A stretch of DNA of 64,000 nt, taken from the human T2T-CHM13v2.0 reference genome, Homo sapiens. Location: the NCBI RefSeq assembly GCF_009914755.1, contig NC_060932.1; one strand, 5' to 3'. Under the pieces are notes generated by a model. It searched no databases. It was not told the origin of the DNA and worked only from the letters and a program-made list of their open reading frames with translations. The position numbers and the translations under genes were made by a program. This document shows positions 1 through 18,199 of the stretch, piece by piece (position 1 is the first letter of the stretch; every line of letters begins with the position of its first letter).

Positions 1-276
1 TCCACATATTTAATTGAAATCAGTGAGTAAAGGACAATATATTTCAATGAATTCATTCATTGAATGAATTTTTGATCCCATTATATGTATCTGTGGATAG
101 CAGGAAATAAATATATTATTTTTGATGTAATGATGCCAAAAACACTATAACAAAGCTTATGCATACACACTTTATGGAGTATTGTGGTGGCCTTTGAGAA
201 TTCACCTTTAGAGAGTTATATTTTGGTGACATATCATTGGCTTTTATAAAGGTCACATTAAATAAGAGTTCTATGT

Positions 277-618
<342 letters not shown>

Positions 619-839
619 TCATTTCCCCTAACAGTACCATTTTTGTCTGCCTCCAGTTTCTGCAAAAATTCCTCTGAAGATTATTATTTTCCTCTTTACC
701 TGAATTCCTCCCTTCTCTCTCAAACCATCTTTAATCATGATTCTCTTTCCCACTCCTACAAAGTACCTCTCTGGAGGTTACCAGCAGCTTCTTGTAACGG
801 CACAGTTTCACAGTGGTGTTCCCTGTCTCTTCAGTGATG

Positions 840-1720
840 CACTTTCTTCACTTGGCCTCACCCCACGCTCCTTTGTCTTAGCTCATAGGTCACTTGTTCT
901 CAGTCTTTTATGTTGATTCGCTTCTCCCTAGACTCCTAACTTTAAAGTGACCTGTCTCAGTCTTTAATCTTCTACTCTTTAACAACACACAATTCCTTGG
1001 TGATTTAATCTAGTGTCTTTGATTTAACACCCTTTATATGCAAGTGACACTAATTTTTTATCTCTTCCCAAGACTTCTGTCTTGAACTCTGCACTTATAT
1101 ATCCAACTGCCTACTCACTACCTCTGCTAGAATGTAACATAGTCATGTCCAAATTAATACATCCAAAACTGAGCTACTGATTCTGCAGTTCTTCCCCAGA
1201 GTATTCCATTCATATTCTTCCTTATAGTTAACTTCCTTATAGTTAACTTCCTTAAAGTTAGATCTTGTAACCCCTCTGCCCCTGCAACATCCCCCTCATC
1301 TCATTCAAAGTAAAAGCCAAACTCCTCACCATGGCCTACCAGGCCCTATCACATCCGACTCTATTACCTTTCTAATTGAATTTCTACTACTCTGAATTTA
1401 TTCTGCCAAGAACACAGGAGACACTACCTTTGAGCCCTTACGGTAGTAACTCTCTCTTGCTGCAACACTCCTTCAGACACCTTCATTTGCCAACCTCTTC
1501 ACTCATCAAGTCTTTGTTCAAAAAGGCAACACCATCTTATTAAAGACACTAAACTGCATTCCTAGTCTAGTCCCCTTTGCCCCATTCTACCTTTTTATCA
1601 CTTATTGCCATCTGAAACACTGTAAAATTTATTTGTTTTAGTTATTTGTTATTGTCTCTATTTCCCAGCTAGAATGAAAGCCCCAAACAGAAGGGAATTT
1701 TTGCGTTTTGTCCACTAATG
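840..1720 (+). mobile_element. L2 LINE fragment (3' region)
   Basis: L2-like motifs ATATCCAACTGCCTACTC, CATGGCCTACCAGGCCCT and CTAGAATGAAAGCCCC; boundaries approximate. Confidence 0.7.
1217..1261. repeat. 15-bp tandem triplication (CTTCCTTATAGTTAA)x3
   Basis: Two perfect copies and one imperfect copy visible. Confidence 0.9.
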
Positions 1721-2489
1721 GGACAGTGGGAAAAAATATATAACAGATACTGAATGTTAAAGGTGCCTATTCATGCATGAATGAAATAGAGCTGAAAGAG
1801 AAAGAAAATGAGGTCTCCACGTCATCTGAGACCCTGGATCATAGACCTAATGTGGCATATATGGTATAGGATGACACGTGCCTAGTCATGTTGTAAAAAA
1901 ATTCAATTTAAACTAGTCTGATTTTATGTTTTCTTAAAATGGAATGTAATAATTATTTGTTGAATGCATCTTGAATTCAATTGTTTTCTTTTAAAAAATC
2001 ACTGCCACTGTCTTCTCTAGGAGCCAGTGTCTTCTCTGGGAGCATCATAATGTACTAATTATACTTATTGTTCCTTTCCTTTCTTGAGTTCCAAACTACA
2101 TTGCACTTTAACTGTCTCTAGATTCTTTTCTTTACCCATCTTTCTGATACTCTTATACCCCCACTCTGCCCAAAATAGCTCTTTTCTAAATTTTGCAAAT
2201 AAATTCAAATTATAATCAATGAAAAGTTTACAGATACTATGGTTTTTTATGTACTGACTAAATTAATCTCATGTTACTATTCTTGTGTGAGTTTATGATA
2301 TGAAGTAGTAAGTAAACAAATTTCTCAGCACTTCTGTTGGTTTATTCTGTTTTATCCTATTCTATTACATTATGTTCCATTCTGTTGTTTAACCTAATAC
2401 CACATGGTATCCATTTCTATCACTTTATAACACGTCTTCTTACCTACTAGAGAGATTACTCCTTGTTCTTCAAGAATGGGGACCGGCAG

Positions 2490-3105
<616 letters not shown>

Positions 3106-3905
3106 AAATATATAGAAATTTCTATCAAAACATGAGGTGGAAATGTTAAAAGTTTTTTTTAAGAAAAAAGTGTTTCTTAGTTTCTTATAATGTTGGACCT
3201 TTCCATTTTCACTACATTTTAGAATCTGTTCATTTGCACATGTACAAGCACAGGTTCAGTGCATACATGGTACAGACACACATAGATCCATATGCGGGAT
3301 TTGATTTGCTAATATTTCTGCATCTATGATAATGAGAGCTGTTTCTCTGTATCCTTTTTTGAAGTGTCTTTGTAGGATTTGGTTTGATCAATTTAAAGTG
3401 AGTTGGACTATGTACCCTCATTCTGAATGTCAAGGTCAACCTTACTTTTCGGATACTGTCTCCTAGATTTTTCTACCTAGTGCGTTCCATAAGTCTGTCG
3501 TAAGTTCAGCCTCTTTGGGAATCAGGAAATGCACCCAGGGGAACAGCATCTTTAAGTTCAAAATTGTATTCTTTCGATTTCCGTCTTCTGGATTTGGCCC
3601 AGTAATTTTTCAATTTCTTGTTAGCTGCCAGTTTGATTTAATTCTTACTCGATTTTTCTAGTTGTCCTTAGCAGATGAGGAGGTTTGAAATACCTGCTCA
3701 CCATTACTAGAAGTGCACATCCTTGCCCTGGTTCTCTCTTGATCCTCCTAAAGCGGGGAGAGTGGGCTTTCTCCAAGTGAAGGACAAGTCAGAGGTTTAC
3801 CTTTACTCTCATTCTGAAGAAGTAAGTCTGAGGTAAATGGAAATTGTCCTGATATCCATAAACCTGTCTCGCTGTCTGGAGCCCTCATAATACAGGAAGG
3901 ACTAG

Positions 3906-4316
<411 letters not shown>

Positions 4317-4663
4317 GCATTCATACTTTATACAATCAGAGAAGGTGGTCCCTGGCTGTCTCAGGAGTGTATCACCGCCCCTCAGCAACTCTAGAACAAC
4401 CTGGAGGGTTGTTATTCCCCTCCCAGTATTTATCCATCTCAAAATAGGACATGACTAACAAAATCTGGACTATGTCTAGAGGGAGGGAGGAAAAAATAGG
4501 ACACACTGACTAATAACTCACAAAACTAATAGGAAAAGGGATAGATGTGGTTTCTGAGATTAACGTTTCTGGGCAAACAAAAATGACATCTGCCCACCGC
4601 AGCAGACCCAGAACTACCATCATGAGCCTTACGGATGTTAAAGTTGATTAAAAAATCGTTAGT

Positions 4664-4961
4664 GGCTGGATGCGGTGGCTTACGCCTGTAATCCCAGCAC
4701 TCTGGGAGGCCGAGGTGGATGGATCACGAGGTCAGGAGATCGAGACTATCCTGGCTAACACGGTGAAACCCCGTCTCTACTAAAAATACAAAAAATTAGC
4801 CAGGCGTGGTGGCACATGCCTGTGGGCCCGGCTACTTGGGAGGCTGAGGGAGAAGAATCACTTGAACCGGGAGGCAGAGGTTGCAGTGAGCCGAGGTAGC
4901 ACCACTGTATTCCAGCCTGGGTGACAGAGCGAGACTCTGTCTCAAAAAAAAAAAAAGAAAA
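4664..4961 (+). mobile_element. Alu (AluSc/Y-like)
   Basis: Full dimer; TSD core TCGTTAGT on both sides. Confidence 0.95.
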
Positions 4962-5933
4962 CTCGTTAGTGCCCTCCACAATTGCTAGCATTAGGGAATG
5001 GGCAGACATGTACAAAAGAATTATATCGGTGATGGCATTGTATATTACAAAGGTCTTTAAAATGTGCTATTTGCATAAGGATGGAAGTGCTCAACTCTGC
5101 TTATGAAGGTCAGGAAGAATCCTAGGAATGAGATAAAAACTGACATCTCTTTAGGATTGAGTAAGCTTTGCAGAGGTAGGCAAAGGAAAAGTGTGATTAC
5201 AATGAAAGGTAATGTCTTGCAAGCAAGGGGATGGGAGATTAAATGAAGTAGTCAAGTTTTCCATTTTCAATAAGAAATGTTAAAAGGAAACAGTGGAAAA
5301 AATGACAAAGCACTATTCAGGGCCCAGTTGAAGTTGGAAACTATAAATTGGTTGTGTTGCCAACCTCCACAGTTGTGTGATTCTTTTTCGCCCTTAAGAA
5401 TGCTTTGGCAGACTGTTTCGTATTGATAGAGACAGATGGATATGCAACAAAGTGACATTTCCTCCTGAAAGAAGTGCCATAATCCTATGATGAAAATTAA
5501 GGGAAGACTTCTGGACCGAGAGAGAGAAAGATTTCTTTATTGGGGTATAAGAAGATGCAGAAGGCAAGAGAGATGGTTTTTCAAGTACAATATGTATGTT
5601 GCCTGAAAAACCCTTTGTTCTGGCACTGTGGGAAAGCTTTGGGAAACAGAAGTTTGTATGTAAGTTCAAAGTGTGGCCGAGTCTGAGCCACCAGGGCATG
5701 AAGTTAGAGAGGCAGTATGCCGAGGACCAATGGACCAGAGCCAAAGATTATATTATTCTCTACGTTTTATTAACAAATCTCTCATGGCTTTGATCTCATG
5801 GCTAGAAATTTCTGCACTAGTTAACCATCCCTGTGAAAAACAGGGGTTATTCCAAGCGGCCTGATGACTTAGACCCTACCACAAATATAATCAATGTATC
5901 CTATGTCAAACTCATAATTAAAATAGAAAAATA

Positions 5934-6113
5934 GGACAAGTGTGGTAGCTCATGCCTATAATCTCAACACTTTGGGAGGCCAAGGTGAGAGGATCGCTTG
6001 AGCCCAGGAGTTCAAGGCTGCAGTGAGCCATTATTGTGCCATTGTACTCAAGCCTGGACAACAGATTGAGGCTCTGCCTCTAAAAAATAATAAAATGAAA
6101 ATAAAAGATCAAA
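5934..6113 (+). mobile_element. Monomeric Alu (FRAM/FAM-like)
   Basis: Single Alu monomer with A-rich tail; TSD TAAAATAG(A/T)AAAATA. Confidence 0.8.
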
Positions 6114-7329
6114 TAAAATAGTAAAATATATTCCTTTATTTTTAACAGCTGTATTTAGGTGTAATTGACAGAGAGCTGCATATATTTAAAGTGTACATTT
6201 GATGAGTTTGATATGCAAACATTTGTTATCCCATCATCACAATCAAGGTAACAGTCATGTCCACAACCTCTCAGTTTCCTTGTATTCGTTTGTTTTTGTT
6301 CTTGTTTCTCTGTGAAAAGAACACCTAACATAAAATCTACCCTCTTAACAAATTTTGAAGTCCAAAATACCATATTGTTAACTATAGGCACTACGTTAGA
6401 CAGCTGATTTCTAGAACTTATTCATCTAGCATAAGTGAAACTTGATGCCCATTAAAAATTCCCCAGTTTCCCCAAATCCCATTATTGTATTCTTTATTGT
6501 ATTCTTTGCTTCCATGAGTTTGACTGTTATAGATACCTCATGTAAGTGGAAGTCTACTATATTTGTCCTTCTGTGACTGGCTTATTTCACTAAGCATAAT
6601 GTCCTCCAGGTTCATACACCTTGTCACAAAGGACAGGATTTCTTTCTTTTTCAAGACTGAATAATAAATACTGCATTATATGTTATTTCCCCATTCTTCT
6701 GTCAATGGACACTTGGGTTGTTTCCATAACTTAGCTTCATGAATGTTGTAATGAACATGGGTGAAGCTATCTCTCCAAGATCCTGATTTTAATTCTTTTG
6801 GACATATACTCAGAAGTGGGATTGCTAGATAATAAGGTAGTTCTATTTTATTTTTACCTTTTGAGGAACTTCTGTACTGTATGCCATAGCTACTACACCA
6901 TCATACATTCCCACCAGCATTGTACAAGGGTTCCACATTTTCTACATCCTTTCAAATACACTATTAGCCATCCTAACAGGTGTGAGGGAAAAGATAATTG
7001 TAGCTTTCATTTGCATTTCCCTGAGCATTAGTGATGTTGAGGGTATTTTCATATACCTGGTTGGCATTTGTACGTCTACATTGAAGAAATGTTTAAGTCT
7101 TTTACCCATTTTTAAATTAGTTTTTGTTTGTTGTTTGGTGTTTGTTTTTTTTTTGCCATTGATTTGTAAGAGTTTCTTACATACTTTGGAAATTAACCCC
7201 TTATGAGATACATAGTTTACAAATACTTTATTTCATTCTACAGATTATATTTTCATTCTGTTGAATATTGTCTAATGGTGCAGAAGGTTTTTTCTTTTTT
7301 TTTTTTTTTAGTTTAGTTTAATATAATCC

Positions 7330-7826
7330 TGTTACAGGAGGTAGCTGGTCAGGTATGAGCAGGGCAGGAGAGGGCTCCCACACACGCACACACCAGGAGT
7401 GTCAGGCAGCCATCAGGTGATGGACAAGCAGCTGTTAACTGCCTCTCTAGAATAATAAATGGTCATAGCTGGCACCAGGGAAAGGCAGTCTCCAATAGAA
7501 AACACCAGAAACTGGTAATGAGCAGCATCCCAGTAAGATCTCAGGGGTGTAGAGAGCTAACACCAGATGCCAGAAGTATGCCAACGTATAAAACCCCAAC
7601 TTGACAGGTCAAGCCACGCACTTGGTCTCTCAAGTCGCCTGGTTGGCCTTCTTCCAAATGTACTTTCCTTCCTTTCATTCCCGCTGTAAAGATTTTTAAT
7701 AAACTTTCACTTCTTCTCTAAAACTTGCCTTGGTCTCACCTTATGCCCCTCAGTCAAATTCTTTGTTCTGAGGAGGCAAGAATTGAGGTTGCTGCAGCCT
7801 CATATGGGTAACTACCACTGCTAACA
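7330..7826 (+). mobile_element. MER50 solo LTR (ERV1), internally shorter by ~200 bp
   Basis: TGTTACA...TAACA termini, TATAAAA, AATAAA; homologous to 34011-34705 but lacks its middle. Confidence 0.8.
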
Positions 7827-8028
7827 GCCACACTTGTGTATTGTTACTTTTGTTGCCTGTGCTTTGTTGTCATACTCAAAAAATCTTTGACAACACCAAT
7901 GTCAAGAAGCTTTTCCCCTGTTTTCTTCTGGTAGTTGTACAGTTTCAAGTTTTCCATTTAAGTCTTTATTCCATTGTGAGTTGATTTTTGCATACAGTAT
8001 GAGATAAGGATGCAATTTTATTCTTTTT

Positions 8029-10938
<2,910 letters not shown>

Positions 10939-10974
10939 TGATTATCCAGATTTTTGTACACCAGTTACTAAAGA

Positions 10975-11034
10975 GACTGTCCTTTCCCCATTGTAATTAT
11001 TGTTGACTGTCCTTTCCCCATTGTAATTATTGTA
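10975..11034. repeat. 30-bp tandem duplication
   Basis: GACTGTCCTTTCCCCATTGTAATTATTGT(T/A) x2. Confidence 0.95.
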
Positions 11035-12599
11035 ATCTTTGGTTAAAGGTGAAGTGATACATGTCTAAGAATATTTCTGGGCTCTTTATTTTACTCCACT
11101 GGTATATGTATCAGTCTTTGTGCCAGAACCGTATTGTTTTAATTACTGTGGCTTTGTAATATATTTTTGAAATCAGGATGTGTGATGGCTCCAGATTTGT
11201 TTATTTCTCAAGATCACTTTGGCTATTCTTGGTCTATTGTGGTTCCCTATGAATTTTGGAATTGTTTTTTCTATTTCTTTTTTTAATCACATTTTTTAAG
11301 TCATTAGAATTTGATAGGGATAGCATTGTCTCTATAGATCACTTTGATTAGTATGGATATTTTACCTATATTCTTCCAATCCATGAACACATATATCTAT
11401 CTATTTGTGTCTTCAATTTATTTGATCATTGTTCTTTAGTTTTCATTGTACAAGTCTCACTTCCGTGTTTAAATTTATTTTTATTTTATTCTTTCGAATG
11501 CTCTTTAAATGGCGTTGTTTTCATAATTTCCTTTACAAATTGTTTGTTGTTAGTGTATAGAAACACATCTGATTTTCATATATTGGTTGTGTATCCTGCA
11601 GTTTTGCTAAAGTCATGGATTAGATTTAACAGTGCTTGGCAAACTCTTTAGAGGTTTCTATATATAGGATTATGTCTTGTACAAACAGAAATAACTTTGC
11701 TTCTTCCTTTCTGATTTGGATTCCATTTTTTCTTGACTAATTTCTCTGGCAAGGACTTCCAGTATGTTGAATAGAACTGGTAAGACTGGGCAACTTTGTC
11801 TTCCTCCTAATATTACAGGAAATGATTTCAGTTTTTTACCATTGACTATTATGTTAGCTGTGGGCTTGTCATATATGGACCTTATTATGTTGAGGTACTT
11901 GCCTTCTCTACCTATTATGTTTGTGCTAAAAGGAAAAATTGTGATTTGGAATTGGAAATTACACAATTTGTTTAAAAGATAAAATTATCCAAGAATGTGC
12001 TAAACCCAGATAAATTTACAAATGTTTTTATCATTGGCAAAGCTAGCTTAATGTTTTCTCTGATTATTTATCATCATGTCTATGTAAATGCAAGAACGAT
12101 TCAGAAGCTATTAATGGCCACTGTTAAGAAAGTCTTGAATTTTGTTCAAATGCCATTTCTGTGTCTATTAGAAATTACATTATCACATTTATTTATGTTG
12201 CACTATCTTTGCATTCCAGGCATGAATCTCACTTAATTGTGGCGTGTGATTCTTTTAATGTTCAATGGCATTTGATTTGCTAGTGTTGAGGATTTTTGTA
12301 TCTGTGTTCATCAGGGATATTGGCTTGTAATTTTCTTACATTGTTCTTGTCTGGCTTTGGTATCAGAGTAAAACTGGTCTCATAAAATGAGTATGGAAGT
12401 GTTCCTCCTCCTCAATCATCTGGAAGAGTTGAGAAAGTGTGGCATTCATTCTTCTATAACTGTTTGGTAGAATTCACCAGGAAGCCATCTGGTTTTAGGC
12501 TTTTTGTTGTTGTTGTTGAGAGGTTTTTGATTACTGATTCAATCTCCTTACTCCTTATTCATCTGTGTATATTTTCCATGTCTTCATGTTTTTTATCTG

Positions 12600-13285
12600 T
12601 AGCATTTATTTTTTGCTACTTTCTTAAAATGTCCATTTCCTTGCTTACTTACATTTCCCATCTGTTTTCACATTCTGTCTACTTTATCCATTAGAGCACT
12701 TATATTATTCATAGTTGTCTTAATTTTAAGTGTCATAATTTCAGCATTCTCTGCCAAGTCTGGTTCTGATGCTTGCTCTCTCTGTTCTCAAACTGTTTTT
12801 TGCCTTTCAAAATGTCTTATAATTTTTTCTTGATAATGAGACATGGTGTACTGATAAAAGAAAGTGCTATAAAGAAGCCTTTATTATCATGGTGGTAAGG
12901 TCAGGGAGAGGGACTGCTCTGTAGTCCTATGGTTATGTCTCAATCTTTTAATGAGTATGCACCTCCGAACTGTGAACTTAATGTGCATCTCGGATCCCCT
13001 CACCCCGCCCCCACACCCCACTTAGGTGAGGCAGGATAGCTAGAGCGGGTTAAAGTTCTGTTTTTTGCTTCCCCCACATGGAAAACTACAGAAGGCTGCT
13101 TTTGTGTATTTCCTCTCTCCCAGGTCAGTTAGGGGCTGATAAAACCCCGGTAGGTTAGCCTCTGGCTAAATCGTTCTCCTAAGGGCAGACCTTGTTAAGA
13201 AGAACAGAATGCTTTGCTATATTTCAAAATGGTTTCTTTTTCCCTTCCCCTGCCAGGAGTACAAGGGGATTCTTCTCCAATTCCC
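12600..13285 (-). mobile_element. Old L1M 5'-end fragment
   Basis: Resembles L1MC/MD 5' region (TCTGGTTCTGATGCTTGCTCT, GTCTCAATCTTTTAATGAG). Confidence 0.5.
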
Positions 13286-13619
13286 TTAGAAACTGAAGGG
13301 AGTTGATAGGGGAATCCAGTCTCATGACCCAATCTCCAAATAAACAAATTTTACTCTGTGCCTGCATTTGCTAGTCCTTTTTGCATTTATATTGTTTCAG
13401 ATTTTTATTATAATTTTTTAAAGATGATATTTTGGTACCCAAGTAACTTCTTTCATTCTGGAGAAAAGTTCTTTTCCATTGTGGAAATGTATTCCCCCAT
13501 ATATTTAAAAAAACAACATAGTTCACGTGTAGACTGGAACATGGTCAGATTGAGGCCACACCAATGAAGTCAAATTTGGTGTCAGTGAGTGTCAATATGT
13601 CTCTTAATTTTTTAAAAAT

Positions 13620-14760
13620 TTTTCTTCTTAAAATAATGTTTCAGATATAACTTACATAAAATGGAACACAGACCTTTTATTAGTTTGAGTTTTGACAAAT
13701 GTATGTCATGGATAACCACTCAACCAAACTATAGAAAATTGCCATTATTCCTCAAATTTCCCTTTATTCCTGTTCTCATTCAAAATAGCTCCCCACTCCC
13801 CCACCCATATAACAGCCCCTTCACACGTATACACACACATACACACACCACCACCGCCACCACCACATGCCAGGGCTTAAGCGTTCCTCTGATCTTTACT
13901 CTGCCACTCTAGATTAATTTGTCACTTGCAGAATTTAACTAAATGGAGCCATACAGCACATACTCACTTTGCCTGCCTTTGTTTGCTTGAGTGTTTTTGA
14001 TGTTAATTCACGTTGTGTGTTTTAGTTATTTATTCCTTTTTATTGGCTGAGTAGAAATATACGTTATATGGATACATCAACACATACTCTGTATTTGGAT
14101 TTTTTCCAGTTGGGGGTCATTATTACAGAAATCAAGCTATAAATATTTTATATACACATAAAAACATAAAGCTAGGAATATTTTGTACAGAGCTTTCTGT
14201 GGATATGTGTTTTTATTTTTGGACGGTAAACAAATAAAAGTGTAATTACTGTGTCATATACTAAGTATATATTTAACTTCATGAGAAACTAAACAGTTCC
14301 TCAAGGTGACCTTTCCGTTTTGTAGTCTCAATAGCAACGTGAGAGAATTCCATTTGCTCCATATCTTTGCTAATCCTTAGTATTATCAAACTTAAACTTT
14401 AGCCATTCTAGTGGTGTGTAATGGTACTTCATGGTAGCTGTAATTTTTATTACCCTAATTAATAATAATCATTTTATGTATTTGCCATTTGTACACTGTT
14501 TTTTTGTGAAGTGTCTGTTAAAGCCTTTGACTGGTATTAACTGGCTGTTTGTCTTTTCATTATTTGAGCAGTAAAACTTCTTTAAGTAGTTTGGATACAA
14601 ATTCTTTGTCAGATACATGTGTTCTGAATATTTTCTTGCAACGCAAATTGTACTTCTTCAAAATCTTCCAGATTGTGACTTTTCTTTTTTTTAGTAATGT
14701 CTTTCAAAGATGAAATCTTGTTTAATGGGACTAGTTGTTTTATTCACTAACCTGAAATAT
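13620..14760 (-). mobile_element. Old L1ME/MC 3' fragment
   Basis: GAGTTTTGACAAATGTAT and TTTAGCCATTCTAGTGGTGTGTAATGG L1 antisense motifs. Confidence 0.7.
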
Positions 14761-14789
14761 TCTATGTGCTCAAATTATAAAGCCATTCC

Positions 14790-15627
14790 TTTTTTTTTTT
14801 TTTTATACTTTAAGTTTTAGGGTACCTGTGCACAACATGGTGGTTTGTTACATATGTATACATGTGCCATGCTGGTGTGCTGCACCCATTAACTCGTCAT
14901 TTAGCATTAGGTATATCTCCTAATGCTATCCCTCCCCCACGACTTCCCCCACCCCACAACAGGCCCCGGTGTGTGATATTCCCCTTGCTGTGTCCGTGTG
15001 TTCTCATTGTTCAGTTCCCACCTGTGAGTGAGAACATGTGGTGTTTGGTTTTTTGTGCTTGCAATAGTTTGCTGAGAATAATGGTTTCCAACTTCATCCA
15101 TGTCCCTACAAAGGACATGAACTCATCATTTTTTATGGCTGCATAGTATTCCATGGTGTATATGTGCCACATTTTCTTAATCCAGTCTATCATTGTTGAA
15201 CATTTGGGTTGGTTCCAAGTCTTTGCTGTTGTGAATAGTGCCGCAGTAAACATACGTGTGCATGTGTCTTTATAGCAGCATGATTTATAATCCTTTGGGT
15301 ATATACCCAGTAATGGGATGGCTGGGTCAAATGGTATTTCTAGTTCTAGATCCCTGAGGAATCGCCACACCGACTTCCACAATGGTTGAACTAGTTTACA
15401 GTCCCACCAACATTGTAAAAGTGTTCCTATTTCTCCACATCCTCTCCAGCACCTGTTGTTTCCTGACTTTTTAATGATCGCCATTCTAACTGGTGTGAGA
15501 TGGTATCTCATTGTGGTTTTGATTTGCATTTCTCTGGTGGCCAGTGATGATGAGCATTTTTTCATGTGTCTTTTGGCTGCATAAATGCAACAAGTGGGCG
15601 AAGGATATGAACAGACACTTCTCAAAA
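14790..15627 (-). mobile_element. L1PA 3' end with 40-bp 5' inversion
   Basis: Poly-T, 3'UTR and ORF2 C-terminus to 15587; inverted CAACAAGTGGGCG...CTCAAAA at 15588-15627; TSD CATTCCTT. Confidence 0.93.
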
Positions 15628-16099
15628 CTCATTCCTTATATATTAATGGAAAGGGCTTGAAAATTTTTTTGATTTTAATACATAAACTTAAGGAATATAG
15701 TGAAGTACTCAAATGTCTACAGAAAATATTTCAATAACATTGATGATGCATGCATATTTCAAATAGCATATTATATAAAACAAAATACTAATATAGAAGT
15801 ACTGGACTGTTTCCAATTTCCAACATCATGAAACAATTATATTGAAACTCTTTAGAGGTACCTGGTGCCTAAAACATATGCAAGATTTTATTAAAATGTA
15901 TGTATAAATTGACTCCCTCTTTTTAGCAGGTTGACTTAGAGGAATAAAAATCTCACCTTACATTTGAGCATATAAAGTGAGAAATAAGGATTTTTAAGGA
16001 ATTTAACTTGGCCTACATTGCTCTTGGAATCTGGATAGGCATAGCGTTGCAATTTCCATATAGAGTTTAATGAACAACTTGAACAATGGTTCTTTTTTT

Positions 16100-16650
16100 T
16101 CTTAATGTATTTTCTATCTTTGTAACAGATTACCTCCAAAGCTTAGTGGCTTAAACAATATTTTTATTTCACATTGCTTCTGTTGGTTAGGGTTTTGGAG
16201 AAGCTTTGTCTGGGGAGTCTTTTCTGAAGCAGAATCTCTGATGCCATCACAGACGTATGTTGACTGGGGCTGCAGTTATCTGAAGCCTTGACTGAGGCTG
16301 GAATACCCTTTTTCAAGATCGCTCATTCACATACCTGGTACTTTGAAGTTAGCCATGGACTGGGGTCCTCAGTTCTTCTCATAGGGTTTCCTGACTATCC
16401 TCATGGAATGCTGGCTTCCCTCAAAGAGAGTGGTCTGAGAGACAGAACATGGCAGAAGCCACGTTGCCTAAGAATGTAGCCATAGAAGTCATACAGTCAC
16501 ATCTGCTGCCTGGTATTGGTTTTGACGGTTATCAAAAGGAAAGGAAGTAGATCCCTGCCTCGTGGACTTACATCAATGGCAGTTTGTAATGAGAGCATGT
16601 GGGATGGAATGTCTATTGGCCAGTTATCTTTTTAAATGTAACCTGCCATA
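16100..16650 (-). mobile_element. MLT1 (MaLR) LTR
   Basis: CTTAGTGGCTTAAACAA and GGGGCTGCAGTTATCTGAAG...TTGACTGAGGCTGGA motifs. Confidence 0.7.
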
Positions 16651-18199
16651 GTTCTAAATTTTAGATTCGACCAACAGTGAGGATCTACCATGTTAGACCT
16701 CCGCTTTGCTGTTTTGTTTAGACTAACTTGATCTTCAGCATAACCTTGTGAGCTAGTTTGTACTTTTTCATTTTATGCCGAAGAAATAGAGGTTAAGAAC
16801 AACTAATGTTTCTGAAGTCTTCATATAAACCGTATGGAGTACAGAGCATGATTTTTTATGTTAATCATGGGTTCAGATTGTGATTGCATTACTTATTGAC
16901 TATGTATATAAAAGAACAATAAGTAATTACCTGCAAAAAACCCAGAACTTTCACAAAAAAAATACACATTTCATAAGAAAATGACCAATTTCTATAGGTG
17001 TTTCATAGTGTGCAAGTGTCACTCACCTCATTCACAGCTGTAAGACTGTCTTACAGATTAAAAATACAGAGGTTAACTCATAAGCCTGTGTATAGGAAGA
17101 GGCACAGTCTGAAGTATAACCCAGGTATTTTGACTTTTAGGGCAGTGCATATTTTTTATTGTTTACATCTTGTTGATAATTCAGATCAATCTTTTCCTAT
17201 TAAGCAAATTAGAATTTATAGCGATTCTCACAATAGTACACAACTGGCTATTTAAAATTGATGCATGAACACAGGAAATGGGAACAATTTTCTCAAAAAT
17301 TGTTTTCCATTACTTAAAAGTTTAAAGGAAATTAGTCTTTTGAGTCAAATTAAGATATCTCTAAAACTGCAGAGACCTGAAAAGTTCTGTTTCCCCTAAA
17401 ATATAACTAATCATGCACTAATCATTAGTCCCATAGTAATTGTATTAATTGTATTACATGAACAAAGAATAGGAGATAATTGCAAAGTTTAATGGGCAAA
17501 ACTTTTCCAGCAATTCACATGTACCATTTATTTCATCAGATAAAAGCAAAAGGGGTTATAAACTTGAGGCTGTTTAGTCTAGACCTACATATCTCTGTTT
17601 ACTACATTTCTAAGCAGCTTTTATTTTTCCTAATGTTTCTGAAATGTTTCTTAATTTTTTATGGCTTATGTCATCCAGAAAGAGATTCGTGATTTTATTC
17701 TGTGGCTGTTATAAGTGCTTAGAGCTTCTACTATTAATATTTGGTTTGAATTTGAAGGATGCAGCAATGAAAAGAATTTTTAACTTTCTCTTGTACTATT
17801 TTAGAACTTCAAAAGCATTAAGAAACTGTAGTGCAGATGAGATACATTAAGACAATCATCTCCTATTAAGATCTGAAGCTCTGCCTAAGTTATAAAAAGG
17901 TATATGTATAACTAAAAGTAGGACTCGCTTTGAAATAACAGAGGCAACACTTGGCCCTGTATCCTTCCAGCTGCACCCTTTGGAAGCACTGGAAAGTAGA
18001 AATATTGTTTGCTCATGGAAACCAGGATCTATACCTCGAGTTTCAGATTTTCTCCTACAGTCATGCCTTAAGGACTCAGAACACCTGCACTGAGATACTC
18101 ATCTATTAAATTCACCTCTGCTCGTGTATAAAATGAATGCACCCTGTTGAGATAACAGGATAACTCCAACTTGAAAACATTATCCCAAAGTGGTCGTAT

